Origin: Polyangiaceae bacterium
GTDB lineage: Bacteria > Myxococcota_A > Polyangia > Polyangiales > Polyangiaceae
Direction of reading: 5' to 3'
NCBI GenBank assembly: GCA_035063585.1
Contig: JAPSGB010000001.1
Coordinates: 120,179 to 184,178, forward strand
DNA length: 64,000 bases
Shown: positions 19,407 to 28,623 of the stretch, piece after piece
How positions within the stretch are numbered: the first letter of the stretch is position 1
How the letters are laid out: each line of letters begins with the position of its first letter
Position numbers and translations under genes: made by a program
Notes under the pieces: model-generated
The model's input: the letters and a program-made list of their open reading frames with translations, nothing else
What the model was told of the DNA's origin: nothing
The model's database searches: none

Positions 19407-20111
19407 CTACTTCTCGTAGACCTGCGCGCCGATGATGCCGGAGCCCGCCGCGGCGGTGATCTCGACCTTCACGGGCAGCGCCATCGGGAAGGGGTTCTTG
19501 TAGCAGTTCGGCGCGCGACCGAGCACTGCCTGCGAGCCCTGATCCTGATCGGCGGCGAGCGACGGGGTCATACCCGGGATGGGCGTGGTCGCGATGAACT
19601 GCACGTTCACCTCGGTGACCGTGGGCACGCCGACCGCGACGACCGTGTAGCACTTACCCGGCGAGAGCGAGAGGTCGCTCTGTAGCTTCTGGCCCTGCTG
19701 GAAGTTGCCCACCAACGCCGAGCCGAGCGGCTTCGACCCGGCGACGATCGCGCCCGAGGCGACCTGAGTCAGGATGGGCGTCACCACCGCACCGGCCGCC
19801 GGATCGAGCGGCTGCGCGGCGCCGCCCGCGCTCGGCTGCGGTGCCGGTGTGGTCGCGGTCGGCGCCGGCTGAGGGGTGTAGCCGGGCTGGCCGTAGCCCG
19901 GCTGCTGCTGGCCGTAGCCCGGCTGGCCGTAGCCCGGCTGCTGCTGACCGTAGCCCGGCTGCTGCTGGCCATAGCCCGGCTGGCCGTAGCCCGGTTGCTG
20001 CTGCTGGTAGCCGGCCTGGGGATCCTGCGTCTCCCCGCTCTTCTTGCAACCGGCGACGCTCGCCAACACGATGACACCCGCTGCTCCTGCGATCAAAGCT
20101 CTCGACAACAT
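19407..20111 (-). CDS. Lipoprotein with PGYGQ(QQ) repeats and a C-terminal beta-rich (PPC-like) domain
   Basis: Lipobox VAGC; tandem repeats; CYTVVAVG-containing domain. Confidence 0.75.
   Translation of the reverse strand: MLSRALIAGAAGVIVLASVAGCKKSGETQDPQAGYQQQQPGYGQPGYGQQQPGYGQQQPGYGQPGYGQQQPGYGQPGYTPQPAPTATTPAPQPSAGGAAQPLDPAAGAVVTPILTQVASGAIVAGSKPLGSALVGNFQQGQKLQSDLSLSPGKCYTVVAVGVPTVTEVNVQFIATTPIPGMTPSLAADQDQGSQAVLGRAPNCYKNPFPMALPVKVEITAAAGSGIIGAQVYEK
19880..20010 (-). repeat. Coding 15/21-bp repeats (PGYGQ / PGYGQQQ)
   Basis: Repeated gccgtagcccggct(gctgct) units. Confidence 0.85.
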
Positions 20112-20268
20112 GCGATACGGCTCCTCGAAGACTGCTTGTTGAATGATCCGTCTGGAACGTGCCGCGGCGCGCGGGCGTCCGGAACGCCGGGCAGGCTATA
20201 CCTTGGACGGCCTCGCACGCAAAGCAACGCACCGCCCAGTCAACCACCGAGCGCGACCGCCGGTTACA

Positions 20269-20284
20269 CTGAACTTTAGTATAG
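20269..20284. promoter_or_regulatory. AT-rich imperfect palindrome, candidate myxobacterial LexA-type box
   Basis: CTGAAC-TTTA-GTATAG in a divergent intergenic region. Confidence 0.35.
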
Positions 20285-20300
20285 TATCCGGGCCAGGCTG

Positions 20301-20382
20301 GTCGGGGCGGCGCGGCCGGCGGCGCGTGAGCGCGACGACGAGCGACGCCGACCCGCGCCGCCGGCCGCGACGGACCGACACC
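20301..20382. repeat. Inverted pair of REP-like elements
   Basis: 20301-20326 (-) and 20354-20382 (+) share CGCGCCGCCGGCCGCG. Confidence 0.65.
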
Positions 20383-20429
20383 CCCGCTCGGGCCTGGCCG
20401 CGCCCGAGCGCTGGCGCTAGCGATGCGGC

Positions 20430-21230
20430 GTGCGATTCGCCCTCATCTCGGACGTGCACCTCGGGCCGCCGGCGCGCTTCGGCGGAAAGCTCCGCAAGCT
20501 CTCGGGCGACGCGCCAGCGCTGGTGCGCGCGTTCGTCGAGCGCATGAACACGACCGAGGCGCCCGACCTGGTCATAAACCTCGGGGATGTCATCGAGGAC
20601 GAGTCGCAGGAGCTCGATCGCGCGCGGTACGGGGAGTTCGTCGGGCTGCTCGGCGGGCTCCGCGCGCCGGTACTTCACGTAGCGGGCAACCATGATCGCG
20701 TCAGGCTCACCGACGACGACCTGCGCGCGCTGTGGCGGCACGACGGCCCGCTCCACTACAGCCGCGAAGTCGGCGGCGTTCACTTCTGCGTGCTCGCGAC
20801 CGTGGAGACGAAGGACGTCGCGGTGCGGCTCCCGGTCGAGCAGCTCGCCTGGCTCGAGCGCGATTTGAGCGCGGCGCGCGCGCCGGTCATCGTGCTCATG
20901 CACCACCCGGCGAGCGAGCAGCGCCTCGAGGGCAACCGCTGGTTCGAGCGCGCGCCGCACCTCTGCCGGGTCGCCGAGCGGCGCGAGCTCCGCCGCATCA
21001 TCGAGGCGAGCGGCAAGGTGCTCGCGGTGTTCAACGGGCACGCGCACTGGAACCACCTCGACGTCATCGCGGGGATCCCGTACGTGACCGTGCAGAGCCT
21101 CGTCGAGAACCTCGATGACGACGCGCCCGGACGCGCGGCGAACGCGTTCGCGGTGTGCGACCTCGACGCGCGCCGGCTGGTCGTCCAGGTCTTCGGCGAG
21201 GAGCCGGCGCGCTATCAGCTCGAGCGCTAG
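20430..21230 (+). CDS. Calcineurin-like metallophosphoesterase (CpdA-like)
   Basis: DVH, GD, GNHD, MHHP and GHAH motifs. Confidence 0.9.
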   Translation: MRFALISDVHLGPPARFGGKLRKLSGDAPALVRAFVERMNTTEAPDLVINLGDVIEDESQELDRARYGEFVGLLGGLRAPVLHVAGNHDRVRLTDDDLRALWRHDGPLHYSREVGGVHFCVLATVETKDVAVRLPVEQLAWLERDLSAARAPVIVLMHHPASEQRLEGNRWFERAPHLCRVAERRELRRIIEASGKVLAVFNGHAHWNHLDVIAGIPYVTVQSLVENLDDDAPGRAANAFAVCDLDARRLVVQVFGEEPARYQLER

Positions 21231-22702
21231 GCCGGCTCGCCCGGCTCGCTCGACGGCGTGGGCTCGCCCGGCTCGCTCGACGGCGTGGGCTCGCCCGGCT
21301 CGCTCGACGGCGTGGGCTCGCCCGCGGTGGCGCGCGGCTTCCGGCGCTTCCGCTTCGCCTTCGGGCGGGGCGCGTCTTCTTCTGCGCGCTCGGGCTCGTC
21401 CGCGCGCTCGGGCTCGTCCGCGCGCTCGGGCTCCTCGGCGCGCTCGAGCTCCGCGTCTTCGAGGCCGAGGCTCATCGCCTCCGCGGGCTCTGCCTCGGCG
21501 CGGCGCGACGACCAGCTCCAGGCGAAGGCGACGCCGACCGCGCTCATGAGCCCGATCCACTGGGAGGTCGAGAGCTGAATCATGACCTCGGGCGCAAACT
21601 GCCCCGGCTTGAGCCAGAGATACGCGACGAGCGCGGGGACCAGCGAGAGCGCCTGGGCGCCGCGGCGCACCGTGGCGTTCGCGAGTGAGCGCGACGGCCC
21701 GAAGATGAACGCCGCCGCGAAGGCGAGGAGCGCGAGCGCGATGAAGGCCTGTTCGGCGAGGAACGGACCGAACTCGCCGCGCTCGAGGTCGTCGCGGATG
21801 ATCTCGAGCAGGAATCGGAGCAGGCCGTACGCGAAGGTGAAGGCGTAGAACACCTCGCCGCGGAACTTCTGACGCTTCCGCACCGCGAACACGAGCCCGA
21901 GGAGCGCGACCCCGACCAGCGACTCGTAGAGCTGGGTCGGGTGCACCGGCAGGGACGCGACCGCGTCCTCGGCGAGACCGCGGTGGTTCACGTGCTGAAT
22001 CCATGCGGGAGAGCCCGTGCTGCCCGGGATGGTCCCCTCCGCCCAGTGCGGGAAGGTGCCGAGCTGCTTGAGCCAACCGGGCGCACCGTCGGACAGCGGC
22101 CTGCCGAAATCGCAGCCGAACAGGTAGCAGCCGACGCGCGTGATCGCGAGGCCCGCCGCGAGGCTCGGCACCGCGACGTCCGCCCAGGGCAGGAGCCGGA
22201 GTCGGTGCGCGCGCAAGTAGAGGTACGACGCGGCAAAACCGCCGAGGAAGCCACCGTAGGCGACCATCCCGCCGCGGCGGATGTTGACCCAATCCGCGAG
22301 CGAGACGAACTCGTCGAGGTTGGTCGCGACGTAGAGGAGCCGTGCCGCGACGAGCGCGCCGACCGCGGTGATGAAGTAGCAATTGGCCATCGTCTCGCGG
22401 GGCAGCCCATCTTTCGCCGCGAGCCCGAGCGTCAAGTACCAGCCGACCACGAGCGACAGGCACAGCATCGCGCCGTAGCTATAGATGGGGAGCGCGCCGA
22501 GCGTGTAGGTCTGCCCACGCATCTTGAACGCTGCGACCGCGCAGCCGAGGGCGAGCGCGCCGCCGATGACGAGCAGATCCATCGCCTTCTTCCGCCAGCC
22601 GAAGAGCGCGATGATCGCGCCGAGCGCGGCCGCGGCGAGCAGCGCGCCGAAGAGCGGGACGTTCCACGCCGGCAGCGGGATCTTGAAGAGGATCGGGTGC
22701 AT
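21227..22702 (-). CDS. lgt: Prolipoprotein diacylglyceryl transferase with acidic repeat tail
   Basis: MHPILF, YSYG, GGMVAYGG, RVGC, HPTQLYES and RFLLE. Confidence 0.88.
   Translation of the reverse strand: MHPILFKIPLPAWNVPLFGALLAAAALGAIIALFGWRKKAMDLLVIGGALALGCAVAAFKMRGQTYTLGALPIYSYGAMLCLSLVVGWYLTLGLAAKDGLPRETMANCYFITAVGALVAARLLYVATNLDEFVSLADWVNIRRGGMVAYGGFLGGFAASYLYLRAHRLRLLPWADVAVPSLAAGLAITRVGCYLFGCDFGRPLSDGAPGWLKQLGTFPHWAEGTIPGSTGSPAWIQHVNHRGLAEDAVASLPVHPTQLYESLVGVALLGLVFAVRKRQKFRGEVFYAFTFAYGLLRFLLEIIRDDLERGEFGPFLAEQAFIALALLAFAAAFIFGPSRSLANATVRRGAQALSLVPALVAYLWLKPGQFAPEVMIQLSTSQWIGLMSAVGVAFAWSWSSRRAEAEPAEAMSLGLEDAELERAEEPERADEPERADEPERAEEDAPRPKAKRKRRKPRATAGEPTPSSEPGEPTPSSEPGEPTPSSEPGEPA
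21232..21443 (-). repeat. Coding tandem repeats in the lgt tail: 27 bp x3 (EPTPSSEPG) and 18 bp x3 (EPERAD/E)
   Basis: Directly visible tandem units. Confidence 0.85.
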
Positions 22703-22791
22703 CGCTCGCCCTCCTTACCTGCGAAACCACGTCGCGACCAGCGGCGCGCGTGAGCGGGCTCCGCGAGCAGATGCGGCTGTGCTAGCCTCGC

Positions 22792-23610
22792 GTGGTGCCG
22801 CGCTTGACCGCCTCACTGGCCCTGGTCGCGTGCTCGGCGGTCGCGTGCGTGCCGAACCCCGATCCACCGCCCGGTGGCGGGGCCGCCGGCTCGGCGCGGC
22901 CGGCGGCGCGCTCCGGCTCATCCTCACGCGAGCGGACGCCCATGCTCCAGGGCGAGCGCGCCGGGCGCCCGACGGCCCCGCCGTCGGCCGTGGCGAGCGC
23001 AGCGGCCGACCCGCTGCTCACGACGCCGTTCACCGACTCCTTCGACCGCACGAGCCCCGGGGATGACTGGCGGCTCACCTCCGCGGTGTGGAGGATCGAG
23101 AACGGCAGGCTCTGCGGGCGGAGCGCGCGCAACCACGGCGCCTGGCTGCGGCGGCGGCTGCCGGTGAACGCGCGCATCGAATTCGACGCCTACTCGTCCT
23201 CGACGGACGGGGATCTCAAGGCGGAGAGCTGGGGAGACGGCGCGAGCACCGCGACCGGAACGTCGTACACCAACGCCACCAGCTACCTCACCATCTTCGG
23301 CGGCTGGAAGAATCGCTTCCACGTGCTCGCGCGGATCGACGAGCACGCCCCCGATCGACGGCAGATCGAGCTCACGGCGGACAGCCCCGAGCTTCGCGCG
23401 CGCCCGGTGAAGCCGGGGGTCGGCTACCACTTCAAGATCGAGCGCACCGACGGGAAGACGGTCCGATGGTCGGTCGATGACATCGAGCTCCTCGACTATC
23501 CGGACCCGGAGCCGCTGAAGGGCCCGGGTCACGAACACTTCGGGTTCAACGACTGGGAGGTCCCGGTCTGCTTCGACAACCTCCAGGTCACGCCGCACCC
23601 CGGAGCCTGA
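22792..23610 (+). CDS. Hypothetical lipoprotein with ConA/beta-sandwich-like domain
   Basis: Lipobox AVAC, Pro/Ala linker, FTDSFDR...FDNLQV. Confidence 0.65.
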   Translation: MVPRLTASLALVACSAVACVPNPDPPPGGGAAGSARPAARSGSSSRERTPMLQGERAGRPTAPPSAVASAAADPLLTTPFTDSFDRTSPGDDWRLTSAVWRIENGRLCGRSARNHGAWLRRRLPVNARIEFDAYSSSTDGDLKAESWGDGASTATGTSYTNATSYLTIFGGWKNRFHVLARIDEHAPDRRQIELTADSPELRARPVKPGVGYHFKIERTDGKTVRWSVDDIELLDYPDPEPLKGPGHEHFGFNDWEVPVCFDNLQVTPHPGA

Positions 23611-23617
23611 GCCTGAC

Positions 23618-24793
23618 GTGAACGCGGAAGAGTTGGATGTCGCCCTCGAAGAGCTCGAGAGCCGGGTGGAGCGACTGCGCGCGCTCTACGAGCAGTACTT
23701 CCTCGGCATCGAGAAGATCGAGCCCACGGTCGCGCGAAAAGACGTCGATCGACGCATCTGGCTGCTCCGGCGAGAGCAAATCCGGAACACCGGCAAGCGC
23801 TTCAAGCTGCAGACCATCATCCAGCGCTACAACACGTTCCAGCAATATTGGGGGCGGATCTGCCGTGAGATCGAGAACGGGACCTACAAGCGCCATCTCC
23901 TGAAGGCCGAGCGCACGCAGGGCGAGGTCGAGCTGCTCACCATCGCGGCGCGCAAGCGGCTCGGGCGGCAACGGCGGGCCGCCGCGGAGGACGACGCAGT
24001 CCCGCCTGCCGAGCCAGCGCCGCCGCAGCCGGCCGCGGCGCCGAGCGCGAGCGCCGCGAGCCCGCTCGAGGCGGCCAAGCGCGCGGTCGACTCCGTGCTC
24101 GGCCGCTCGTTGGTCCCCACCCGGTCGACGACGGCCCCCGCTTCGCCCGCGGCCGGCGCGACGGCGAAGGCCCAGGCGGCCTCGACCGCGTCGCTCTCGG
24201 CCCGGACCGACGCGCCCTCGCCGGCGCCGAACCAACCGCCGGCGCGAGCGCTCGGCCGGCTGGACCTCGAGATGGACTTCCTCGACGGGCCTGCCCCGGC
24301 GCCGCGCACGACGGGGCCGAAGCCCGCGGTCCCGGGTTCGAGCCTGCCGAAGCCCGCAGTCCCGAGCGCAGGCGCGCCGAGGCCAGCAGTCCCGAGCGCA
24401 GGCGCGCCGAGGCCAGCAGTCCCGAGCGCAGGCGCGCCGAGGCCAGCAGTCCCGAGCGCAGGCGCGCCGAGGCCTGCCCCGCCAGCGTCGCCGGACGCCG
24501 GCCCGCGGGCCCCGCAGCCTGCGCCGCGGCCGACCGCGCCCAAGCCCCCGCCGCCGGCGAGGCCGAGTCCGCCCGCCGGGAGGGCTGGCGAGACTCGCGT
24601 GCAGCAACTCCACGCTCGGTTGCTGGAGGCCAAGCGGCAGACCAACGATCAACAGCAGGTGTCCGTCGACGGCCTGCGAAAGAGCCTGGCGGCCGCGGAG
24701 GAGCGACTCCGCAAGCAGCACGGGGATCGCAAGATCGACTTCGACGTCGTGATCAAGGACGGCAAGGCCGTCGTGAAGCCGATCCTTCGCTGA
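23618..24793 (+). CDS. MXAN_5187 C-terminal domain-like protein
   Basis: N-terminal LYEQYFLGIEK, Pro/Ala linker, C-terminal IDFDVVIKDGKAVVK. Confidence 0.72.
   Translation: MNAEELDVALEELESRVERLRALYEQYFLGIEKIEPTVARKDVDRRIWLLRREQIRNTGKRFKLQTIIQRYNTFQQYWGRICREIENGTYKRHLLKAERTQGEVELLTIAARKRLGRQRRAAAEDDAVPPAEPAPPQPAAAPSASAASPLEAAKRAVDSVLGRSLVPTRSTTAPASPAAGATAKAQAASTASLSARTDAPSPAPNQPPARALGRLDLEMDFLDGPAPAPRTTGPKPAVPGSSLPKPAVPSAGAPRPAVPSAGAPRPAVPSAGAPRPAVPSAGAPRPAPPASPDAGPRAPQPAPRPTAPKPPPPARPSPPAGRAGETRVQQLHARLLEAKRQTNDQQQVSVDGLRKSLAAAEERLRKQHGDRKIDFDVVIKDGKAVVKPILR
24352..24476 (+). repeat. Coding 30-bp tandem repeat x4 (PAVPSAGAPR)
   Basis: cccgagcgcaggcgcgccgaggcc starts at 24361, 24391, 24421 and 24451. 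Confidence 0.9.
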
Positions 24794-24802
24794 GCGCCGC
24801 GG

Positions 24803-25075
24803 CTATCGGGCCCCGACCCGCTCCGCGACGGTGGTCCCGCGCGCCCCTGGCGACTCGACCAGCACCTCGTCCTCGCAGAAGAGGATCGAACAGGACGACC
24901 GCCCGGCCTCCCGCATCCGCGCGCAGAGCTCAGCCAGATCCTCGTCGCTGTCCACGACGTCCCCCTCGATCGGCTGGAGGGTCGACTGGTCGAGGCGGCA
25001 GTTGTCGAGCGCTACCCAAAGCCCCTTGAACTCGCGCGACCGGCAGAGCTCGGGCCAGGTCATTCGGGTCTTCAT
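24803..25075 (-). CDS. Small hypothetical protein (possibly DUF5678-like)
   Basis: Globular composition; KGLWVAL...VVDSDEDLAEL pattern. Confidence 0.6.
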   Translation of the reverse strand: MKTRMTWPELCRSREFKGLWVALDNCRLDQSTLQPIEGDVVDSDEDLAELCARMREAGRSSCSILFCEDEVLVESPGARGTTVAERVGAR

Positions 25076-25299
25076 TGCGGCGTCGTTACCTTTGGCGAAG
25101 GGGCTGTTCCCACGGTCAATCCCCCGTCGAAACGTCTAAGCGCACGAGCCAAGCCACGGCCTTCGGGCAGGATCTAGACGCACCTTTCGCAGAGCGTCAA
25201 GTCCGCGGTGTGGCAAAATGTATACAGTAGCTGCCAAGCCCGCGCAGCGGCTGGGTTTTCGATGAGTTCATCGGCGACCTCGCGAACGAACGCGCAGGC

Positions 25300-27069
25300 T
25301 CACTTACAAGAAGCCACCGCCGAATTGAGCGCGCCGCTGCCCGCGCCCATGCCGTTCGCGGCCGCGGCGATCGCCTTCGCCTGCGCGCAGTTGCCGTTCA
25401 GGGCCGCCGCTCGCGCCGCAGCCGGCGCCTGGCTGCGCGCGGCCGAGACGCAGGCGGCCTTCTGGCCGGCGTCGGAGCAGTTCCGGTAGCTCGCGGCGGC
25501 GCCGGCGATGTTGCCGCCCCGCGCGGCAGACACGCACTGGGCGCACGCGGCCGCGCCGCCTGCGGGCGGCTTGGACGTCGCGGTCGCGGTAGCCGGGGGC
25601 TTGGTGACGGTCGGCTGCGGCTTCACGACCACGGTGGTCGCACCGGCGTCGGTCGCCGGCGGGGTCGCGGTCGCGGTCGGCTCGGGCGGGGTCGTGGTGT
25701 CGACCTGCGGCGTGATGGTGGTCGTCCCCGCCGAGTTGCTGCCGAACGGGCTGGTGAGCGGAACGTCCTCGTCCGGCTTCGAGCCGCGTGTAAAGACGAT
25801 GATCATCGCCACGAGCAGGACCGCGCCGACCCCTGCCAGCGCGAAGATGAGCCCCTTGCCGCCACCGCCGCCACGAGCCGCCTGGGGCGGCGGGGGAACA
25901 TTGGCGACCGCCATCGGCGGACCGGCCATCATGGCGGGGCCGCCCATCATCGGTGCGGCCATGGGCGCCGCCATCGGCTGCGCGGCCGGACCGCCAAAGG
26001 ACGGCGCGGCCGGACCGCCAAAGGACGGCGCGGCCGGCATCGCGGCGGTGGCGCTCGAGCCCATCGCGACGGCCGCCTGAGCGGAGAGCGGCTGCTCATC
26101 GACCACCGTGATGCCGCCCCCGCCCGAGAGCTCTTCGAAGAAGGCGCGCGCCGACCCCTGGCGCTGGTCGCGATCCTTCGAGAGGGCCCGCATGATGGCC
26201 GAGCGCATGTTCGCCGGCACCTGGCTGCTCGTGGCGGTGGCCTCGAAGGGGCGCGGCTGAGCGGTCATGTGCTGGGTCGCCCACTGCCACGGGGTGTCCG
26301 CCTCGAAGGGCAGCTGCGCCGTGAGCATCTCGTAGGCCATGACTCCGAGCGAGTAGATGTCGCTCCGCATGTCGAGCGCCTTGCCCGTGAACTGCTCGGG
26401 GCTCATGTAAGGGGGCGTCCCGAGCACCATGCCCTGCTGGGTGAGCTTCGCCTCCTTCTGCGCGTCTGCCGACTCGCTGCGCGCGGCGATGCCGAAATCG
26501 AGGACCTTCACGAAGTCCTTCTCGCCGGCGCGCTCGGTGAGCACGATGTTCTCCGGCTTGAGATCGCGGTGGATGATGCCCTGCTTGTGGGCCTCGTCGA
26601 GCGCGCCGCAGACCTGGCGCATGATCTTGAGCATGCGGTCCGGCGCCATGGGACCGCCCTTCTCGATGGCGTTCATGAGGGACTCGCCCTTCACGAACTC
26701 CATGGCGATGTAGAGGGTGCCGTCCGAGGTCGAGCCGAAATCGAAGAATTTGATCGTGTTCGGATGCTCGAGCTGCGCGACCGTGCCGCACTCTCGGTTG
26801 AACCGCTCCCGGACCGACGGATCCTTCGACAGGTGCGCATGCAAGGTCTTCACGGCGACCTTGCGGAGCGTCGAGCCCATCTGCTGCTCGGCGCCGTACA
26901 CGATCCCCATGCCGCCCTCGCCGAGCACATCCGTGATGCGATACCGGCCGCCGATCACCTGCCCGACGAGCGGATCTTCTCCCTTCGACTCCACCGGGAG
27001 CAGCGCCCCGCACCCCGCGCAAAAGCGCGCCCCGTCGATATTTTCGGTCCCGCACGCCTCGCACTTCAT
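25300..27069 (-). CDS. Membrane Ser/Thr protein kinase with N-terminal zinc ribbon and Cys-containing C-terminal domain
   Basis: CxxC..CxxC, LGEGGMG, VAVK, HRDLKPEN, DFG, GTPPYMSPE and a TM helix. Confidence 0.95.
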   Translation of the reverse strand: MKCEACGTENIDGARFCAGCGALLPVESKGEDPLVGQVIGGRYRITDVLGEGGMGIVYGAEQQMGSTLRKVAVKTLHAHLSKDPSVRERFNRECGTVAQLEHPNTIKFFDFGSTSDGTLYIAMEFVKGESLMNAIEKGGPMAPDRMLKIMRQVCGALDEAHKQGIIHRDLKPENIVLTERAGEKDFVKVLDFGIAARSESADAQKEAKLTQQGMVLGTPPYMSPEQFTGKALDMRSDIYSLGVMAYEMLTAQLPFEADTPWQWATQHMTAQPRPFEATATSSQVPANMRSAIMRALSKDRDQRQGSARAFFEELSGGGGITVVDEQPLSAQAAVAMGSSATAAMPAAPSFGGPAAPSFGGPAAQPMAAPMAAPMMGGPAMMAGPPMAVANVPPPPQAARGGGGGKGLIFALAGVGAVLLVAMIIVFTRGSKPDEDVPLTSPFGSNSAGTTTITPQVDTTTPPEPTATATPPATDAGATTVVVKPQPTVTKPPATATATSKPPAGGAAACAQCVSAARGGNIAGAAASYRNCSDAGQKAACVSAARSQAPAAARAAALNGNCAQAKAIAAAANGMGAGSGALNSAVASCK

Positions 27070-27143
27070 GATGGCCGCCTAGCGTCGCACGAAGGAGCCC
27101 CGTGGCGCCACTCCGCGACGCGATCGGGCGCGATCGGCGGGCC

Positions 27144-27770
27144 TCAGGAGCCGGCGTCGACCGCGCCGAGCGGCGCGTCGGGGGGCCACGCCAGCGGCTC
27201 GACCGCGCCCGTCGCGCGATCCACCAAGACCGCGCGCGTCGCCCGCGGGCTCGCCGGGACCAGCACGGTGACCTCCGCCACCGCCCCCGCGGCGAGGCTC
27301 ACGGGCTCGTCGAGCGGCCGGCGCTTCCCCACCGGCGGCGCATCCGCGCCGGTGGCTGGAAATTCGAGGCGCACCCGATCGACGAGCTCGCGTCCAATCC
27401 AGAGCTCGATGGCGTATCTCCCCATGCGGCGCGCCGTCACCACCGGCCGCGGGTAGCGGAGCGCTCGCACCTCGACCACCATCACCCGGCCCCGCTCGTA
27501 GCGCAGCCGATACTCCCACTGGCGTTCGAGCGCGAGCGGCTCCGGGTCGGGCGGCGAGGCCGCTGACCGCTCGCTCGTCGCGCCGCTCTCCGCGCCACCA
27601 TCGACGGGCGAGGCGAGCTCGGGGGCGTCCTCTCCGGAACCCTCGGCGATGCGAGCGGGGAGCGTGAGCCCCGGCGCGGTCTCGCTCGGACCCGACAGGC
27701 GCGCCGACGAGCAAGCCGCCGCGAGCGCGAGACCGGCGAGCGCCGGAGCGAGCCTGGGCGAGCGCGTCAT
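27144..27770 (-). CDS. Hypothetical lipoprotein
   Basis: ATG at 27770, lipobox LAAAC, globular C-terminal half. Confidence 0.6.
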   Translation of the reverse strand: MTRSPRLAPALAGLALAAACSSARLSGPSETAPGLTLPARIAEGSGEDAPELASPVDGGAESGATSERSAASPPDPEPLALERQWEYRLRYERGRVMVVEVRALRYPRPVVTARRMGRYAIELWIGRELVDRVRLEFPATGADAPPVGKRRPLDEPVSLAAGAVAEVTVLVPASPRATRAVLVDRATGAVEPLAWPPDAPLGAVDAGS

Positions 27771-27833
27771 CGCGCGACCGTACCGCAAGCGCGACTGCGG
27801 GCAGGAGTAATCGATGCCGGTCCGTCGCGGCCG

Positions 27834-27865
27834 GCGGCGCGACTGCGAGGGCGCCGCGGTTTTTT
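27834..27865 (+). terminator. Intrinsic-terminator-like hairpin upstream of rpsD
   Basis: GCGGCGC-N10-GCGCCGC then GG and T6. Confidence 0.4.
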
Positions 27866-28001
27866 CGCATGATTGTTGGTCAAGAGCGCGCGCTCGCGCT
27901 CGACGAACGCGCTCCGCATGGTTAGGGTGCGCGCGAATATCTTGGCGCCGGTCCGTCGATGCTTCGCGGAGCCGCGCTTGCCCGAAGATCAAGGAGCGAC
28001 C

Positions 28002-28607
28002 ATGAGTCGATACGTTGGACCACGCTTGAAGAAGATGCGCGCGCTCGGGGTCGACCTCCCCGGGCTCTCCCCGAAGACGATCGAGCGACGGCCGTACCCG
28101 CCCGGTCAGCACGGTCAGGGGCGGAGGAAGATCAGCGAGTACGGGCTTCGGCTCCGCGAGAAGCAGAAGGTCCGCTACGGCTACGGAGTGACCGAGCGGC
28201 AGCTCCGCCGCCTAGTGAAGGAGGCCAAGGTGAGCAAGGAGGCCACCGGCGACAAGCTCGTCGAGCTGCTCGAGAGGCGCCTCGACAACACCGTGTTCCG
28301 GGCCGGCTTCGCCCGCACCATCCCGGGCGCGCGGCAGCTCATCAACCACGGACACGTGCTCGTGAACGGAGCGCGGGTGGACATCGCCTCCTATCGGGTC
28401 TCGGTGGGCGAGGTGATCCGCGTGAAACGGGACGCTTCGAGCGGGGCGCCGGGCGCGAGCCCCGCCGCGGCGCGCCCCGAGACGCCCTGGCTCGCGGTCG
28501 AGCCGGAGTCGGCGAGCGCGACCGTCGCGGGGCTGCCCGAGCGCGGCGCCGCGCCGTTTCAGCTCCAGCCGCAGCTGGTCGTCGAGTACTACGCGCAGCG
28601 GCTCTGA
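28002..28607 (+). CDS. rpsD: 30S ribosomal protein S4, stand-alone and Cys-free
   Basis: MSRYVGP, PPGQHG, LREKQK, LERRLDN and ARQLINHGH; AAGGAG RBS. Confidence 0.95.
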   Translation: MSRYVGPRLKKMRALGVDLPGLSPKTIERRPYPPGQHGQGRRKISEYGLRLREKQKVRYGYGVTERQLRRLVKEAKVSKEATGDKLVELLERRLDNTVFRAGFARTIPGARQLINHGHVLVNGARVDIASYRVSVGEVIRVKRDASSGAPGASPAAARPETPWLAVEPESASATVAGLPERGAAPFQLQPQLVVEYYAQRL

Positions 28608-28623
28608 CGCGCGCCGCGCGGGC

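Noticed and set aside
25211..25225. Sigma54 promoter (TGGCA...)
   Set aside because: The -12 position reads AC rather than GC, and no + strand gene follows.
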